NCBI GenBank assembly: GCA_958009085.1
Contig: OY253686.1
Span: 806,001-870,000 of the forward strand
DNA length: 64,000 nt
Reading direction: 5' to 3'
Source of the DNA: Protoeuglena noctilucae
Lineage: Eukaryota
Numbering within the stretch: position 1 is the first letter of the stretch; each line of letters starts with the position of its first letter. The notes below the pieces were generated by a model. It saw only the letters and a program-made list of their open reading frames with translations, was not told the DNA's origin and ran no database searches. The translations under genes and the position numbers were made by a program. Shown in pieces: positions 1 through 13,621 of this stretch.

Positions 1-3000
1 TCCCCATGTCTGGGTGTGAAAGTCACTTCGTGGCCATCTTTGTGTGATACGACGTCGGGCGCCTCTCGACTGTCACCTTTCTGCACCCCACGGGGGGGCA
101 ACAACTGCATGCCCTGCTTCGTAGGACCCATTGCAGTGACATCGCCTTTGGTGCTTGGGTTCCGAGTCATTGATGGTAGCTTCGAGGGAACGCGGTCCTC
201 CCCTGGCGGGCTGCCTGCACCGACACGCATGCCCTGCCCCGCCCCCTGCCCCACCCCTTGCCCCATCGCCACCCCCATCCCCTGCCCCGCGCGTTGAGGT
301 GCGGGGAGCGTCACCACGCGCCCCCCTCCCGCCTCCTCAGCCCTCGCCGTCGAATCATCGACCCCCACCACCGCCCCATCCCTCGCCGCCACCGCCGCCA
401 CACCCCCACCGCGCACAAACACCGCCAGGCTACGGGGGCCTTTTGCGAGGACATGCGGCTCGTCCACATGCACAACCGCGCACCCGTCCGCCACCGCCAC
501 CGCCCGCGCGCCGCCCCCGCCCCTCGCATCCATCGCCACGCCACCGATCGACTGCGACAGACGGCACCGCCACAGCGCCACGCGCCCACCACCCCCCACG
601 CGCACGACCGCGCCCCCGCACTCCCCGACCCCCACTTCCCGCAGCACCGCCACCGACGCCACCGCAACAGCGGCCTCTCCAGGCCCACCCTCGTGCCCCG
701 CCACCACCGCTGCCATCCCCGTCCTCGCGCTGCTGACAAGGCTGTCCGTCCGCCGCAGCATCCACGCCCCGAAAGGGGCCCGCGCGCCGCCCTCCGCGTC
801 CCCTGTTGCAGACTGCGACCCCTCAGTTGCCACCGCAGTGGTCGCCGCCACACCCCCCGCCCCTGCTAACTCTTCCTCGGCACCCACCCACACGCCGTCG
901 CCGCGCCGTACCCCCGCCACAGATCCCCGCACCATCAGCGCCGTGGCTCCCCGGCACACCCGCACCCCCGGCCCCTGCGCCACCCGCGCCACCCCCACCT
1001 CCCGCAGCAGCGCCGCCACTCCCGCCAGCACCACCCCGCCCCCGCACCCCGCCACCGTCGTCCGGCTGACCTCCGCCGCGACCCCCGCGGCCTCTCCCCG
1101 CGCCCGGGATCCCTCCGCCGCCGCCCTGGCCAGCCCCGGCTCATGCGCCAGAAACACCGGGCCCGCGTCAGAAACCGCGGCCAGGGCCTCGACGTCGGAC
1201 GCAGCCACAGGGCCATCAACTGACATAAGCCCAGAGGCCGTCGCCAGGGCTGCGGAGCTTAGCCCGGGTCCCTGGATGAGCAGGGCGTGGGCCGGGATGG
1301 CAAGCAGGGAGCAGCCGGTCATGACCAGAGACGCGCCTGCCCCAGTAATGGACACCCCTGCAACTGTCGCCGGCGCCGGGGTGCCCGCCCGCTCGTCCCA
1401 GGCGCCCTGCACGCGAGTGTCAGTCATTTCCAAGGAAGCGCAATCGACGCTGACACAGGCGCGCGGGGTGGCGTCGGTGGTGTGGGTCGCGAGGCATTCC
1501 AACAAAGACGTGGCGATGGAGAGGCGGGCGCCGTCCGTTGCGCGCCCCGCCTCCGCGCATCCCTCCACGGAGCAAACGGAGAGGGAAGCGGAGGCGCCAG
1601 GCCCGTGCACCTGCACGCCCACGCACGACGCGCTCCCACTGCCGTCCGCCCGCCCCGACAGCGCGCAGTCGCTGAGCGTTGCCGCAGCGCCGGGACCCAC
1701 CGCCACGCAGCGGGCGTTCGCGGGTCCCGCGCCCACCCGGCATCCCTGCAGGGCCACGGCTGCCCCCGCCCCTGCCACCCAGACCCCGATTGCGGCACCG
1801 TCCACCGTGCACTCGGACAGGGTGGCCCCCGCCCACGCCGCCAGCTCCTCCGCTAACGCCGCGGCGCTTTTCTCGCCGGGCGACGATCCCTGGGACCCCG
1901 GGGAAGCTGTCTTAGCACGGGGATGGCGCACGGCACCGACACCGGCACTCCCCGCCCCATCCGCTGCTGTTGAGACGCCGTCGCGACCCAAACCTGGCTT
2001 CTCAAATGCACTCCCGATAAGCGATGTTGCGGGATTCGCTACATTGACACCAGCCGGCCTCTGCGTTAGTGGGCCAATGGTCCCCTGGCTTTCTGACCCA
2101 CTGCCCTCCACACTCCGCCCGCTCACTGCCACCCCGCAGCCCAGCGCGCCCCGGCACTTGAGACGCGTGAGTCGCATCCTCGAGGCACCCCACGCCCGCA
2201 CCACCGCCGGGCCATGCCGCGAGGACGGCTCACCCACACCCGCACCCGCACCCGCACCCGCACCTGCACCTCCCACACCGGAGCACTCAGTCACATTCAC
2301 CGACACCTCAGCTGACCCACTCCGCACCCCCTCTTCTCTAGCAACGTCATTATCGTCCCGCTGCCAGGCTGTCAGCCACTCTGGCACCCCCAATGGGACA
2401 CCGTCCACCCACGCGCTCTCCGCCCACCCCAGCGCTCTCTCCAGCACAGCGGCCCCGCCCTGTCCCTCGCATGCGGCTGCTTCTGCGCCCCACGCGGCTA
2501 CCGCAGTGCTCTCGCCACGCCCCGGGTGCAGGGATGCGCGGGTGAGGGTTCCAGACGCACCCCCCACCAGCGCCATCCCACACAGCGACCCCCCGCACCC
2601 CACTGAACCCCCCGCCACCGCCACCTCCGACCCGGCCGCCAGGACCGCCGCCAAGAACACAGGCGAGGTGTGCCCTCCCACAACATCCCTCTGCACATCC
2701 TGATGTTGCACTGACGGCCGGGGATGGGGTTGGGATGGGGATGGGGATTGCCCCAATGCGCTGCTGCCAGTAACAGCGGGGCTGGCGTCGGTCGCGGCAA
2801 CTGAGGCGGGTGCCTGGACGGCGCTGCGGATGAGTGCGAGCGTGGCGCTGTGCGTGGCGAGCACAGGTGGGGGTAGGAGGGGTGGCAGTCGCACTGGTGG
2901 CGATGAGGGCGGGGCTTGCCCTGCGAGAGTGTGAACCTCCCCTGACTGGATATGACCCTCCCCTGACTGGGTATGACCCTCCCCTGACTGGGTATGACCC

Positions 3001-6000
3001 TCGCGGTGCGTGGGAGGTGGCGACTGGAGGTGAGCGGCGTGGGGGAGGAGGGCGTGGGTGTTGGATAGGGGGGATAGGTCGATGGTTGTCTCCTCAATAG
3101 ATGCATGGGCTCCATGAGTGGCCACCAGGAGAGGGGCCGGGCAGTCGATGAACTGAGACGAGATGACCTGGGGTGGGTTGGGAAACGGGGTGTTGCATGC
3201 ACAAGTGGCGTCGATGGATCAATGGCTTTGTGCTAGAAGAGTGAGTCAGCACACACCAGGCATAACCCATGCAGTCCACACCCGTTACAAGTAGCCCCCC
3301 ATGCGCTCACCTGCACCGTCGCCCCCTCTCCCTTCGCAGACACCGCCCCTGCCCCGCCGCCCTCCAACCGACACCGGACAGCAGCTGCCCGCGCCCTCGC
3401 CCCCGCCCGCACCAGCGCCGCCATCCCCGCAACCACGCAATCCACCGCTCGCACCGTCCCCCCCTCCCGCGCCTCCAGCCCCACCCCGCCCTCTCCCTCC
3501 CCCACCACCTCACACCCCGTCACCACCGCCCGCGTCCCCTCCCCCTCCGCCACCACGCCCCACCCCCGCAGACTCGCCCCATTGTCCGCCGATGGCACAT
3601 GCAGCTTCGCCCCACCCCTCACCACCAGCCCCGCCCCGCCCATGGCTGCCAGGCACCCCATCCGCACCCCCGCCACCTCTCCCCCCTCCAACACCGCCAT
3701 CCCCAGGTCTCGGGCCACCACGCCCCACGCCACCTGAGCCTCATGACCCCCCACTGTCACTCCCACGAGCGTCACCGTCGCTCCACACACCTCCACCGCC
3801 GCATCGCCCCATGCCCTCTCCTCACCCACCCCGCCGTCCTTGACATCCCTAACACTGTCAGGCACCCCCACGGCCACCTCCACAGCCACCCCCTCCACCT
3901 TCACGTCTGTGTTGTCCCGCGCTATCAGGGCACGGCTTGTGCCGCACGACAGCGAACCCCGCGCCCACGCAAAACGCGTCCCCGACCCCGTCGCCACCAC
4001 CGCAGCCCCGTTTGTGAGAGAGTCAGGTCCCATTCCATTCACCATCATGCTCGCACGCACGGTGCATCCCTGCAGCCGCGCGTGCGCCCCCCTCGCCACC
4101 GACACCGCCAGCGCCGCCCCCTCCACTGCCACCTCGCAGTCCCTCAACCGCAGCTCTGCGGGCGCACCCCGCGCCCCCCCCGACGCCGCCACGGCCCCCT
4201 CCCCGCCCCCCGTTAGCCGCACGCGCACCACGCACCCCACCGCCCGCACCCGCCCCCCGCTGACACACCCCACGGCCGGGGCCCCCTCGCAGTCCACCTC
4301 GCAATTGGACAACCCAATCTCCGACTGACGGGGCGGCGCCTCCGCCTGCCCTTGCTTGCCCACCCCCTCGGCGCTCAGGGCCGCCCCCGCCCCCGCATGC
4401 GTGACGGTGCATTCACCCAGCGACACCTGACCACCCCCCATCGCACGCGCCACCCCCTTCGCGCCCTTGCTCATCTCGCACCCCCGCAGCCCCACCGCGG
4501 ACCCCTCCCCCTCCGCGCACACCAGCGCCGCGCCACGGCTGCCCAACACCTGGCACCCCCCTGCTGCCGCCACTCCCCCCGCAGCTGCCGCCAGGCAAGG
4601 CCCAGCAGCGCCCGTCACCGTGCACCCCTGCAGCGACACGGCCGCCCCGCGACCCCGCGCCGCCGCCCCCGCCCCCTTCAATGCGCAGTCGGCGGCTGCC
4701 ACCCGCCCCGCCACCCCCGCACACACCGCCCAGGGCGCGCACCCCGCCACCGTGCAACCCTGCAGGGACACGTGACCGCCCCTCGCACCCGCGCCTGCTC
4801 CGCACCCCTCCACCGATGCCCCCTCCACCTCCACGCGCCCTCCTGCCTCTGCCCACACGCCCCCCGCCCCGCACCCAGCCACCGCTGCCCCCCGCACGGC
4901 CACGTGAGAGCCCTTCCCCCTCGCCGCCACGCCCGGGGCCCCCTCGCACTCCCGCACGGCGCAAGCTGCGTCCAGAGACACCGCCCCGCCACCCCTCGCC
5001 TCCACCCCGCCCCCCGCGCACCCCTGCACCGTCGTCCCTGCCAGCCGTGCAGTGCCTCCCTCCGCCACCACCCCCGGCCCCCGCTCAGTGCTCTCTATTC
5101 GCACGCCGCCCTCTGCCGCAAAGGCACCCCCGGCACGGCACGCCACCCCCGTACCCCCGCACCCCACCACCCCGCAGTCACGGGCGACGACCGACGACCC
5201 CAACCCCGTGGATGCCACCCCCGCTGCGCCACACTGGGTCACCTCGCATGCTGCAAGTGACACCCTCGCCCCGCCCGCGCACCGCACCCCCTCCTCCACC
5301 GCCCCCTTCACCTCGCACCCCTCCGCCTGCACCCGGGTGCGAGGGCCGTCGGCCACCATGCCCCACCCCACGCCCGTCCCAGACACCTCGGAACCCTGCA
5401 CCAGCGCCTCGGCCCCCGCCACCGCCCGCACCCCACGCCGGAAGGACCGCAGTCTGCACCCCGTCACGACAGCGGTGGCAGCTGGGCGACGGAGACCCGG
5501 GGCGGGCGACCCTCGCGGGGACTCCTCAGCAACACGCGCGCTGATGGGGTGATGACTGGTGCTGCTATGGGCAGTAGTTATCGCATGCGCACCGCTCGCG
5601 TGCACCCCCGCCGCTCCCAGCCCACTACCTTCCAAAGAGCACTCAGCGACATCCACACGGCCACCTGCCTTGGCTGCCACGCCTATGCTGCCGAAGGAGG
5701 TGCCCTCGCAGGCATGCACGCGGGCAAAGGAGGCTGGGCCTGTTACGCAGACGAGGGCGGTGGAGGGGGGGGCGGGGGAGAGGGGGGAACCGGGGCCCAG
5801 GAGGGTGCAGGCCAGGACCTGGGGGGGCAGCGAGGGGCGGATGGTGGTGTTGGAACACAAGGGGCGAGTAAGTGCATTTGTGGTGGTGCGAGCGTGTCTG
5901 AGGTGACATGAGGTGATAGGTGCTGGGCTGAACATTTGCAACACACCAGCCACCCCACCCATGCATCTCTACCATAACCAGCCACACCACCCCAACCCAC

Positions 6001-9000
6001 CCAACGACCAACACGCATGCTCGCACCCCACCCCTCACCTGCAGCTCTCCCCCCACCTCGGCCACCACCACGTCCCCACTCCCGGGATGCACCATGCACT
6101 CTGCGATCTCCATCAAGCTCCCCGCTCCCCTGACACACGCCGCGTTTGTAGGTACCAAGTCCGCCACACCCCCCGCCTCGCCCGCACCCCCCTGCCCCCG
6201 CACCGCCACCAGCCCCAGCGCAGCCAGGCTCGCCAGCGTCGCTGCCTCGACAGATCGGACCAGAGATGCTGCCAGGGACCCTCGGGGAGAGGCGGAGGCG
6301 GCAGAGGTGGGGTTGGAGAGGGTGCGGGTGGCAGAGCGGGCGGCGCGGGCCGAGGCACGGAGGGCATGGGTGTGGTGGGAGCGGAGGGTCTGTGTGAAGG
6401 GGGAAGGTGAGGTGTGTGAGAGTGGGCGTGGTGGGAGCGGAGAGTCTGTGTGAAGGGGACGAGTGGGGGAGGTGAGGTGCGTGTGAGTGGGCGTGGTGGG
6501 AGCGGAGGGTCTGTGGGGGGGGGACAGGATAGGTGTGTGAGAGTGGTGGGAGCGGGGGGGATGTGTGAGAGTGGGCGTGGTGGGAGCGGCGGGTCTGTGC
6601 GTGGGGGGAAGAGTGGGTGCAGTGCGTGAGAGTGGTGACCGCACATGCATGAGAGCTGGCTTGCAATCCCTCAGCAGCGACCCCAAGCTCCTCATCTCCA
6701 CCCCCCACCTATGGCATATACAAACAAACACCCCCATTCCCACTCTCACCTCTGCATCCACCGCCACCCCTGCCCCCCCCAGCCGCACGCGCACGGGCGA
6801 CTGGGTCAGCGGCCCCGCCTCATCCTCATCCCCAGAATCCGTCAGCGCCAAACTCCCATCCCCCGCAACCCCACCCGCACCCGCACCCGCGCTCCCCGCC
6901 CCCACCGCCATCGCCATCGCCATCGCTGTGGTGGATGCCTGGCGCCTGGGACTCTGCTTGGCTCTCGGGGCGATGGGTGCGAACGGCGACCGTGGCTCTG
7001 ACCCTCGCGAGCTGCCGGGCACGGCATCTGTCTCATTGCCATCTGTGTCTCCAGGAGACGGCAGCGGTCGCTGGGCTGCATACGCCTCCAGGGCACCACG
7101 CACTGTGGGAGAGAGGGGGGAGGGGGTGTTATGAGGGGTGGGATTCAGGAGATGGGATACACAGGATGGAATTGGAGAGATCAGCTTGGAGGTTCAGGAT
7201 AACAGCGTACTGACTGAGACATGAAAGCGGTGGGAGTGAGATAAGACATGGACAAAGCATTAGATCAAAACACAGACGTGCGAGTACAGCTGAAGTACCA
7301 CCAACCACTCAGCCATCCCCTCCTAGCTCACCTGTCCTGGCGCCCCCCTCGCTCCCGGGGCTGCCCACCCCCCACATCCCCGGCGCCCCCGCCGCCGCTG
7401 CGGGGCTCAGCAGCGCCCGCCGACTCCACGTGCGCGGCGCGAAGGGTGGCCCGGCAGACCCAGCGACCGATCCCGGCTGCCGTGGTGAGGCGGTGGATCC
7501 GATAGCGCCCGGGCTGGCTGCCCTGCCATCTACACCGCTGTCAGGCGAAGCAACTGAGGCGGATGCGGCGAAAGATGCGACGGAGGGTCCGCGGGCCAAC
7601 AGGTCGCGTGCGCTGGTGGAGCGGCGGCGGGGGGCGGCGCGGGCGGCGCGGGGCCGGGCGGCCGGGGTGGCGGTGGCAGTGGCGGGGGTGGGGGTGAGTC
7701 CCTTGGGGTTGGGTGGGGCGCGGGAGGGCGCGAGAAGGGTGCAGCCGCGTGCGGTGAGCTGCGCGCCGGCGGTGGAGAGGAGTGCACAGGTGGGGAAGGA
7801 GCGGAGGAGGCAGTCAGAGACCTGGGGATGGGTGGGGTGGGGGTGGGGTGGGTGAGTGCGACTGTTGAAGGTACAGAGCAGGTACATGGTGGGTGAGTGT
7901 GATGGCAATCACTTAGTGTGTAAAATGTCATCGATAGTGACTATTGACTGTTGGTAACAAACCACAGCGCACTCCACATTAGCCCCACTACACCTGCCAC
8001 CACCGCAGCCCCACAGGTGCCGGCTCACCTGCACGGCCGTGCCTGCGCCCTCTGCCATGACCCCGTGGCTGGTGGCGGATCCCGTGAGGTGACTGTTAAC
8101 AACTGCAGCCGTGGCCTGGTCCCCGACGAACACCACGGGGCCCTTGCACCCCGAGAGCGTGCACGCGTCCACCTCGGCGGTGCTGTCGGCGCCCTCCACC
8201 GTCACCACGCAGCCTGGGGGGGGTTGGGAGAGGAGGAGGTGGTGGGAGAGGGAGAGGGGTGGTGGGAGAAGAGGTGAGGGAATGAGGTGGGAGAGGGGGT
8301 GCGGTGGAGGGAGAGTGGGCGGGTGAGGGAGCGTGGCATGCGTCGCACAGAGATATGAACAGTAGCATCGTCATGCCTTGAAGCAGACGGTCTCAACAAA
8401 CATTCCCAGTTGCGATACACACACACACACACACACACCCACGCGTTACACCTTGGCTCTTCCCTCACCTCTGGCGGAGGCCAGCACCCGGCACGCCCCC
8501 ACGGACAGGCAGGCCCCGTCGGTGCAGGTGAGGCAGTCGGAGGCAGCGCCGAACAGGTCGCAGCGCTCCAGGGATGCGCGGCTGGAGGGGCCCTGCACCA
8601 CCACCAAGGCACCGTCCTGCGGAGATGGGGGGGGGGGGGGGAAGGGGGATGGGCGTGAAGAGCGATACGGGGCTGCTTAGGGTGTCAGGTGGTATTAAGG
8701 GCAGGTTGGGTGATGATTATGACCATACACCACGGACCCAACACATACACATAGTAACACTAACCAGTCAACCATGCTCCGTATCTCGCCTGCGACCCGT
8801 ACACGACCGACCCCAGGGACGCGACCTCAGCCCCCCCCAGCGCCACCACGGCGCTGCCTTGGAAGGAGTGGACGCGGCAGGCACTGAGCAGCGCCACGGA
8901 CCCGGGGCCCTCCGCGCGCAAGCCGCCCTCCTGGCAGCCAAACACCTCGCAGCCCTCCAAGTCAGCGATGGCGCCCTCGGACACCCCCACGCCCACGCCC

Positions 9001-11692
9001 AGGCAGTCGGAGACCTGGGGAGGGATGAGAATGCTTTAAACTAAGAATTGTCGAATGCTACACTAGTTTACATGACTTGTCAGCCTGCTCGTAGCGATGA
9101 GTGCTTGCCTGGCTGCCCAGGCACCCATGCAGGGCATTCCTAAGCCACACCCCCATCGCATCCCCACCCTCGCTCGCTTCTCATATCCCACCAGTCACAA
9201 CTCTCACAACCCCACCCAACTATCTTTCTCACCTGGCACTGCACCAGCGCCGCCTGCGTGTCTGCCCCCGCCACCACCACCGCCCCCTCCCTCGACCGCG
9301 ACACGCGGCAGGCAGAGGCGTCCAGTCGGCCCCCATCCTCCGCCACCACACAAGGGCCGCGGGACTCGGTCACGAGGGTGCCTTCCAAGGCTAAAGCAGA
9401 TCCCGTGCCAGACACCACCACAGCTGGGCCCTTCTGTGTAGAGAAGACACGGCAGGGTGGTGGTGGCGAGATGTGAGTAGGCGCAGGCATAGCGCAGGCG
9501 TGGTTATGGCATGCTAGCCGTTCATTCCAACACAAGGCCTTGCTGCTCGGATGCTTGACCACTCTTGCCCCGTACGAACCGGCATTCTCCACTCGCCTTG
9601 GACCCCAGCACCGCCCCATCTCAACCAACTCCATCCACTCTGCGCTCGCTCAAAACCTATCTCATCCCCACCACCCCCACCCAGCCCCCACTCGCCTTGG
9701 ACCCCATCACCGCCCCCTTCGTGAACGATGCCCTGCCCCCCTCCGCGGCCCTCAGCCCCTCTCCCCTGCACTGCTCGACGGTGCACTTGGACAGCGCACA
9801 CGTGGCCCCCGCCCCCACCACCTCTAGCCCGTGGCCGTTGGGAGCCGAGAGGACACACGCGTCCAGTGACGCGCGCACTCGTGTCGACAGCGGCAGCGTG
9901 CGGGAACCGGACGCGCCCTCCTCCCTGGGGTGGATACGAGTGATAAGATGCATGTGGTGAAGAGCGATGATAACAGCGATGCTGGGTAACTAAGGCGATC
10001 CTTAATCAGTCGCAAGCACTGAGGTTGACTTGACACGGTGCATGCCGAGGCATCGTCACCGCACCATGCCAGCACACCGTGCCGCTTTATAACCTCACCT
10101 GATGGGCGCCATGCCCCGCGTCTGCCCCTGCGTCTGCGTCAGCGTCCCATCGCCGCGGCTCCTCGTCAGCAGGCTCTCCGCCACCGATGGCGGGCCCCGT
10201 CTGCCCAGCTGCAGCGAAGGGGCCACCACGCCCCTCGCGCTCCCGGCCGCCGACTGCGCCGACTGCAACGAAGGCGCCGCGTGGCCCTCGGCGTGACTCT
10301 GTGTGCCCACTGCCCCAGCCACCGCCATGCGAAGGCTGCCGTCCGTGCGCGAGCGAGCCAGGGGAGGGCGCTCCCAGGCCAGAGCAGAGCCGCGGGCGTC
10401 CGCGCCGGCAGCGGAAAGCGTCTCGGATCGCGCGAGGGGCGGGCGGGGGGGCCGCGATCCCGGCCCCGCCCCCGCCGCAGCCCCGGTCGGAGTGGGGGGC
10501 GCCGATGGTGACGCGACAGGCACCTCCCCGCCCGCCCCCGCACCCTCCGCAGCTGATGCGAGGGTCGCCGCCCCGTCTGCGCTGCGTCGGGCCCCGGGGT
10601 CACTCGCGCGCCCCGTCACCGGCCCCCCTGGGTCCTCGTCGCCTTGTCCCTCTACCCCTGCCTCTGCCTCAACATCAATCTCAGCCTCAGCCTCAGCCTC
10701 CGCCTCCCCGTCCGCCACCAGCAGGCACGTGGCGTGGGGCGCGGAGGCCACGAGTCTCACGCGGCTGAGCAGGACGCGGTCGGCGCACACGCGCACCCCG
10801 CGCTCGGTCACAATCTCCCCGTTGGTCACTATCACGCGGGGCTCGCTGCGGGCAGGCCAGGAGACGCGGCTGTGTTTGTAGCGAACATCGCGGGACAGGG
10901 GTAACACCCCTGTGGGCACCTGGCTGAATGGCAGCGACTGTGCAAGGAAGGACAGTAGGTACGGTGGTGCAACAAATGTGACGTGCCACCCCAAGGGCAC
11001 GTTCACTGTCCCCTCGCGGCCTCACCGCAGCACGAGAGACGTGAGGCGGACGCGCGAGCCCTGCAGGTCCAGAATGGCGGCGGGCAGCGACGGGGGCTGC
11101 AGTGGGTCCTTCCCCCTTCGCCGCTGCGACTCCTCCCTGTGCCGTGCCAGCACCTGGGCACGGTGCCGCGCCAGGCTCCTGCGAGGGTCGAGAGCGGGAG
11201 CGCAGGCGTGAGGCCCGACGCTTTCATTCACAGCAAAGACGCGACTTGGGCAGGGGCAGGTGCATTTGTCTGCACCTGAGGCCCTCCTGCAGCCCCTCAG
11301 CATTTGTGGGGCAGGCCCAGACCTCCGCCTCCACGGCCCAGTCCTCCGCATCCTCGTCCGCTTCCGCATGACCCTTCGGCGCATCGCCGGGGGGCACGCC
11401 GGTGGTCTCTGGGCCCTGACGAGCGGGAACCTCGCTGTCACGGTCCTGCGCAGGCGCGGGCAGCGGGCAAGTTGCGGAAAAGGAGCTTTTACGTGACAAA
11501 GCTCACATCCGTAACACACGGAGGCAAGCATCGCAGCGGTTCTCGGCTGGGGCGCCCTCGCAACTCCCTTCTCCTTGCCGGGACCAAGGGTGGGGCGCTG
11601 TAAGCGCGATGGCCGCGCCGATGTCGGCTCACCTCTTCGACACGGAATCCACGCCCGGACAGGGCGCGCCCCAGCCCTCGCACGATGTGCAT
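1..11692 (-). CDS. Giant Ala/Gly/Val/Cys-rich right-handed parallel beta-helix (pectin-lyase-fold) repeat protein; about 14 exons; 3' end runs off the window start
   Basis: Approximate exons: 11692-11633, 11445-11276, 11179-11025, 10845-10099, ~9925-9696, 9433-9233, 9014-8790, 8616-8468, 8213-8029, 7821-7332, 7102-6749, 6389-6039, 5818-3310, 2699-<1. Joins checked were phase-compatible. Repeated 'xxxxC.V.GC.G.GV.A.GG..V.L..C' units are typical of beta-helix repeats. The last exon appears open to base 1. Start codon is tentative. Confidence 0.75.
2933..3002. repeat. Intronic 21-bp minisatellite (~3.3 copies of TATGACCCTCCCCTGACTGGG)
   Basis: Directly visible tandem copies inside the 3309-2700 intron. 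Confidence 0.9.
6371..6600 (-). repeat. About five degenerate tandem copies of an acceptor/exon-start junction (CACAG|ACCCTCCGCTCCCACCAC)
   Basis: + strand unit GTGGTGGGAGCGGAGGGTCTGTG recurs near 6371, 6429, 6494, 6544 and 6577; the copy nearest 6389 continues as coding exon. Confidence 0.8.
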
Positions 11693-12077
11693 CGGCCCGG
11701 GAGTCACGCAACAGACATCCACCAGCTCCTACGGGCCTCCGGTCACGCGATTGCAGCCAACCTTCGCTCTATGGTTCGCTTGTCGAACGCTTGCTACGTA
11801 AAAGTCGACATCACTCCCGGAAATTTGATGCAAAAGGGTCTCGCACTCCACGCACATGTGTACGCCCCGCGCGTGGGCCACGCACCGCCAGCGGCCCCCG
11901 CACAGCTTCCCACGACAGTCGTCATGATCGCCGCCTCATCATCGGCTACATCCACCGCTCTCCTTCGTCTGGCGCTTTTTCTGCCGACTGAGCAACCGCG
12001 CTCCTTCGGCGCTGGGAGGGCCACGTCGTCGATCCACATCTTGGTCGATTGTTGAACCTGGGCGTGTGGCGTGAGCG

Positions 12078-13378
12078 ATGGAGGACGAAACCTTTTACGA
12101 CCGGGGCCATGATGGCGGGGAGATGGCTGGAAGGGGCCGCGGAAGGGGCCGTGGCCGCCGTGGCAGGGGCCGCGGGCGGGGGGGCAACGTGGAGGGCGCG
12201 GGCGACGGTGAGTGTCCCCCGGACACGCGACAGGCGGAGACCCAGATCTGACCCGGCAGGGATCGATTTCCAGGGATGCGCGTGGTCAGACTCGCGAAGA
12301 AGCGATAGGAACCACGATTGATGCCTAGGCTTCCTCTTTCGATGCCCCGGGACGGCGATCCCATGACGTGCTCTACGCCCCGCTTCGTGCCCGGGAACGC
12401 GGATCTCCGCGGCCCCACAGCTCTGCGGCTTCCGCAACTCTATCGATTCGCCTCTCGCTTGCAGAGTACACCGCCGCTCCGGCCGCGGCGTCGACGGAGG
12501 ACGGCGAGCTCGTTGACCCTTTCTCGCTGCCGGGCCGGGGCCGCGGGCGGGGCCGGGGCCGCGGCAGGGGTCGCGGTCGGGGTGCCGCCTATGCGGACGG
12601 CGTCGACGGCGGGCAGACGGACGGCTTCTCGGCCCGGGCGGACGACACGGTGACCGTGGTCGTGCGAATGCTGGACGTGTCGACCGTGGAGCGCCTCCTC
12701 AAGGCCGCGAGCAAGCACTGCCACTCGCGCCGCTTCCGCGCCATGGCCTTCGCGGCCGTGGACGGCCAGGGCGACGTGATGTGCGTGCGCCGGTGAGTGT
12801 TGCAGCGAGTTGGTGCGTGCTGGTCCAGCTGTAACGCGATTTGACTTCACCAAAACTGCAACCCGCGTGTGTTTGCCCGCAGGATGGACGACGCCATGCC
12901 GCTGACGCCCGAGATCGCCGTTCGCAAGGCCTACACGGCCGCCATCATGCGCCAGACGACCGACGCGTTCGCGGCCAAGTGCCAGTCCCGCAAGGGCTAC
13001 TACGAGTCGATCCGGGACGCGGGGGCCCGGCCGCTGTGGGCGGGCGGAGCCGGGGGCATCCCCATCTGCTCCGGCAACGTGAGGCACCTGGCAAAGCATG
13101 ACTGCGCACCTGCCCTGCCAGCTCCCCTGCTGCGCTGCCATCTATCTGAGAAAGCTGTACCCAGTCAGCTTGCTTGTGCACAGCCTCGACTGTGTACCTG
13201 TCCACCGTCAGCTGCCACCCCGTGCCCTCCCCGCCCCTCCTGCCCGCAGCAGCTCATCGGCGCGGTCGGCGCCTCAGGTGGCGACCCTGCCGAGGACCTG
13301 GAGTGCCTGGAAGTGGGGCTGCAGGCCGCCGGGCTGCGGCGGGGGAACCTCGGCAGCTCCCTGTGCTTCCTCCTTTGA
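12078..13378 (+). CDS. GlcG/HbpS (DUF336) haem-binding family protein with two N-terminal RG-repeat tracts
   Basis: Exons 12078-12207, 12464-12792, 12883-13078, 13250-13378, phases consistent. Motifs: AVDGQG..RMDDA, A.RKAYTAA, GGIPI, IGAVGASGG..EDL. Confidence 0.85.
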
Positions 13379-13621
13379 GACTCGCCTCGTGACTAAAAAC
13401 AGCTACCCTGTTCTGGCGCTGGCAGCGCGGATGCGGATAGGGCGCGCTTGCAGGCTCGCCACGCTCGTTTCAACAGTCGGCAGAGTGGACGCAGGCACGC
13501 ATTGCGATGCACCGGTGGCGCGCTGCCCCGGCTTTGCGATTGGCGCTCTGCTAGGCTCGGCCACAAGTGTCAGTGACCGCACGCATGTACAGAGAGACAA
13601 CGGGTACTTGCCCCATGCCAG

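Noticed and set aside
838..2703. 621-aa + strand ORF and many other long ORF-track entries
   Set aside because: Antisense or off-frame shadows of GC-rich coding exons; no domain content
6371..6600. Spaced direct repeats resembling a CRISPR array (also 23222-23360)
   Set aside because: Eukaryotic intron context, degenerate units, no cas genes; the units are splice-junction copies
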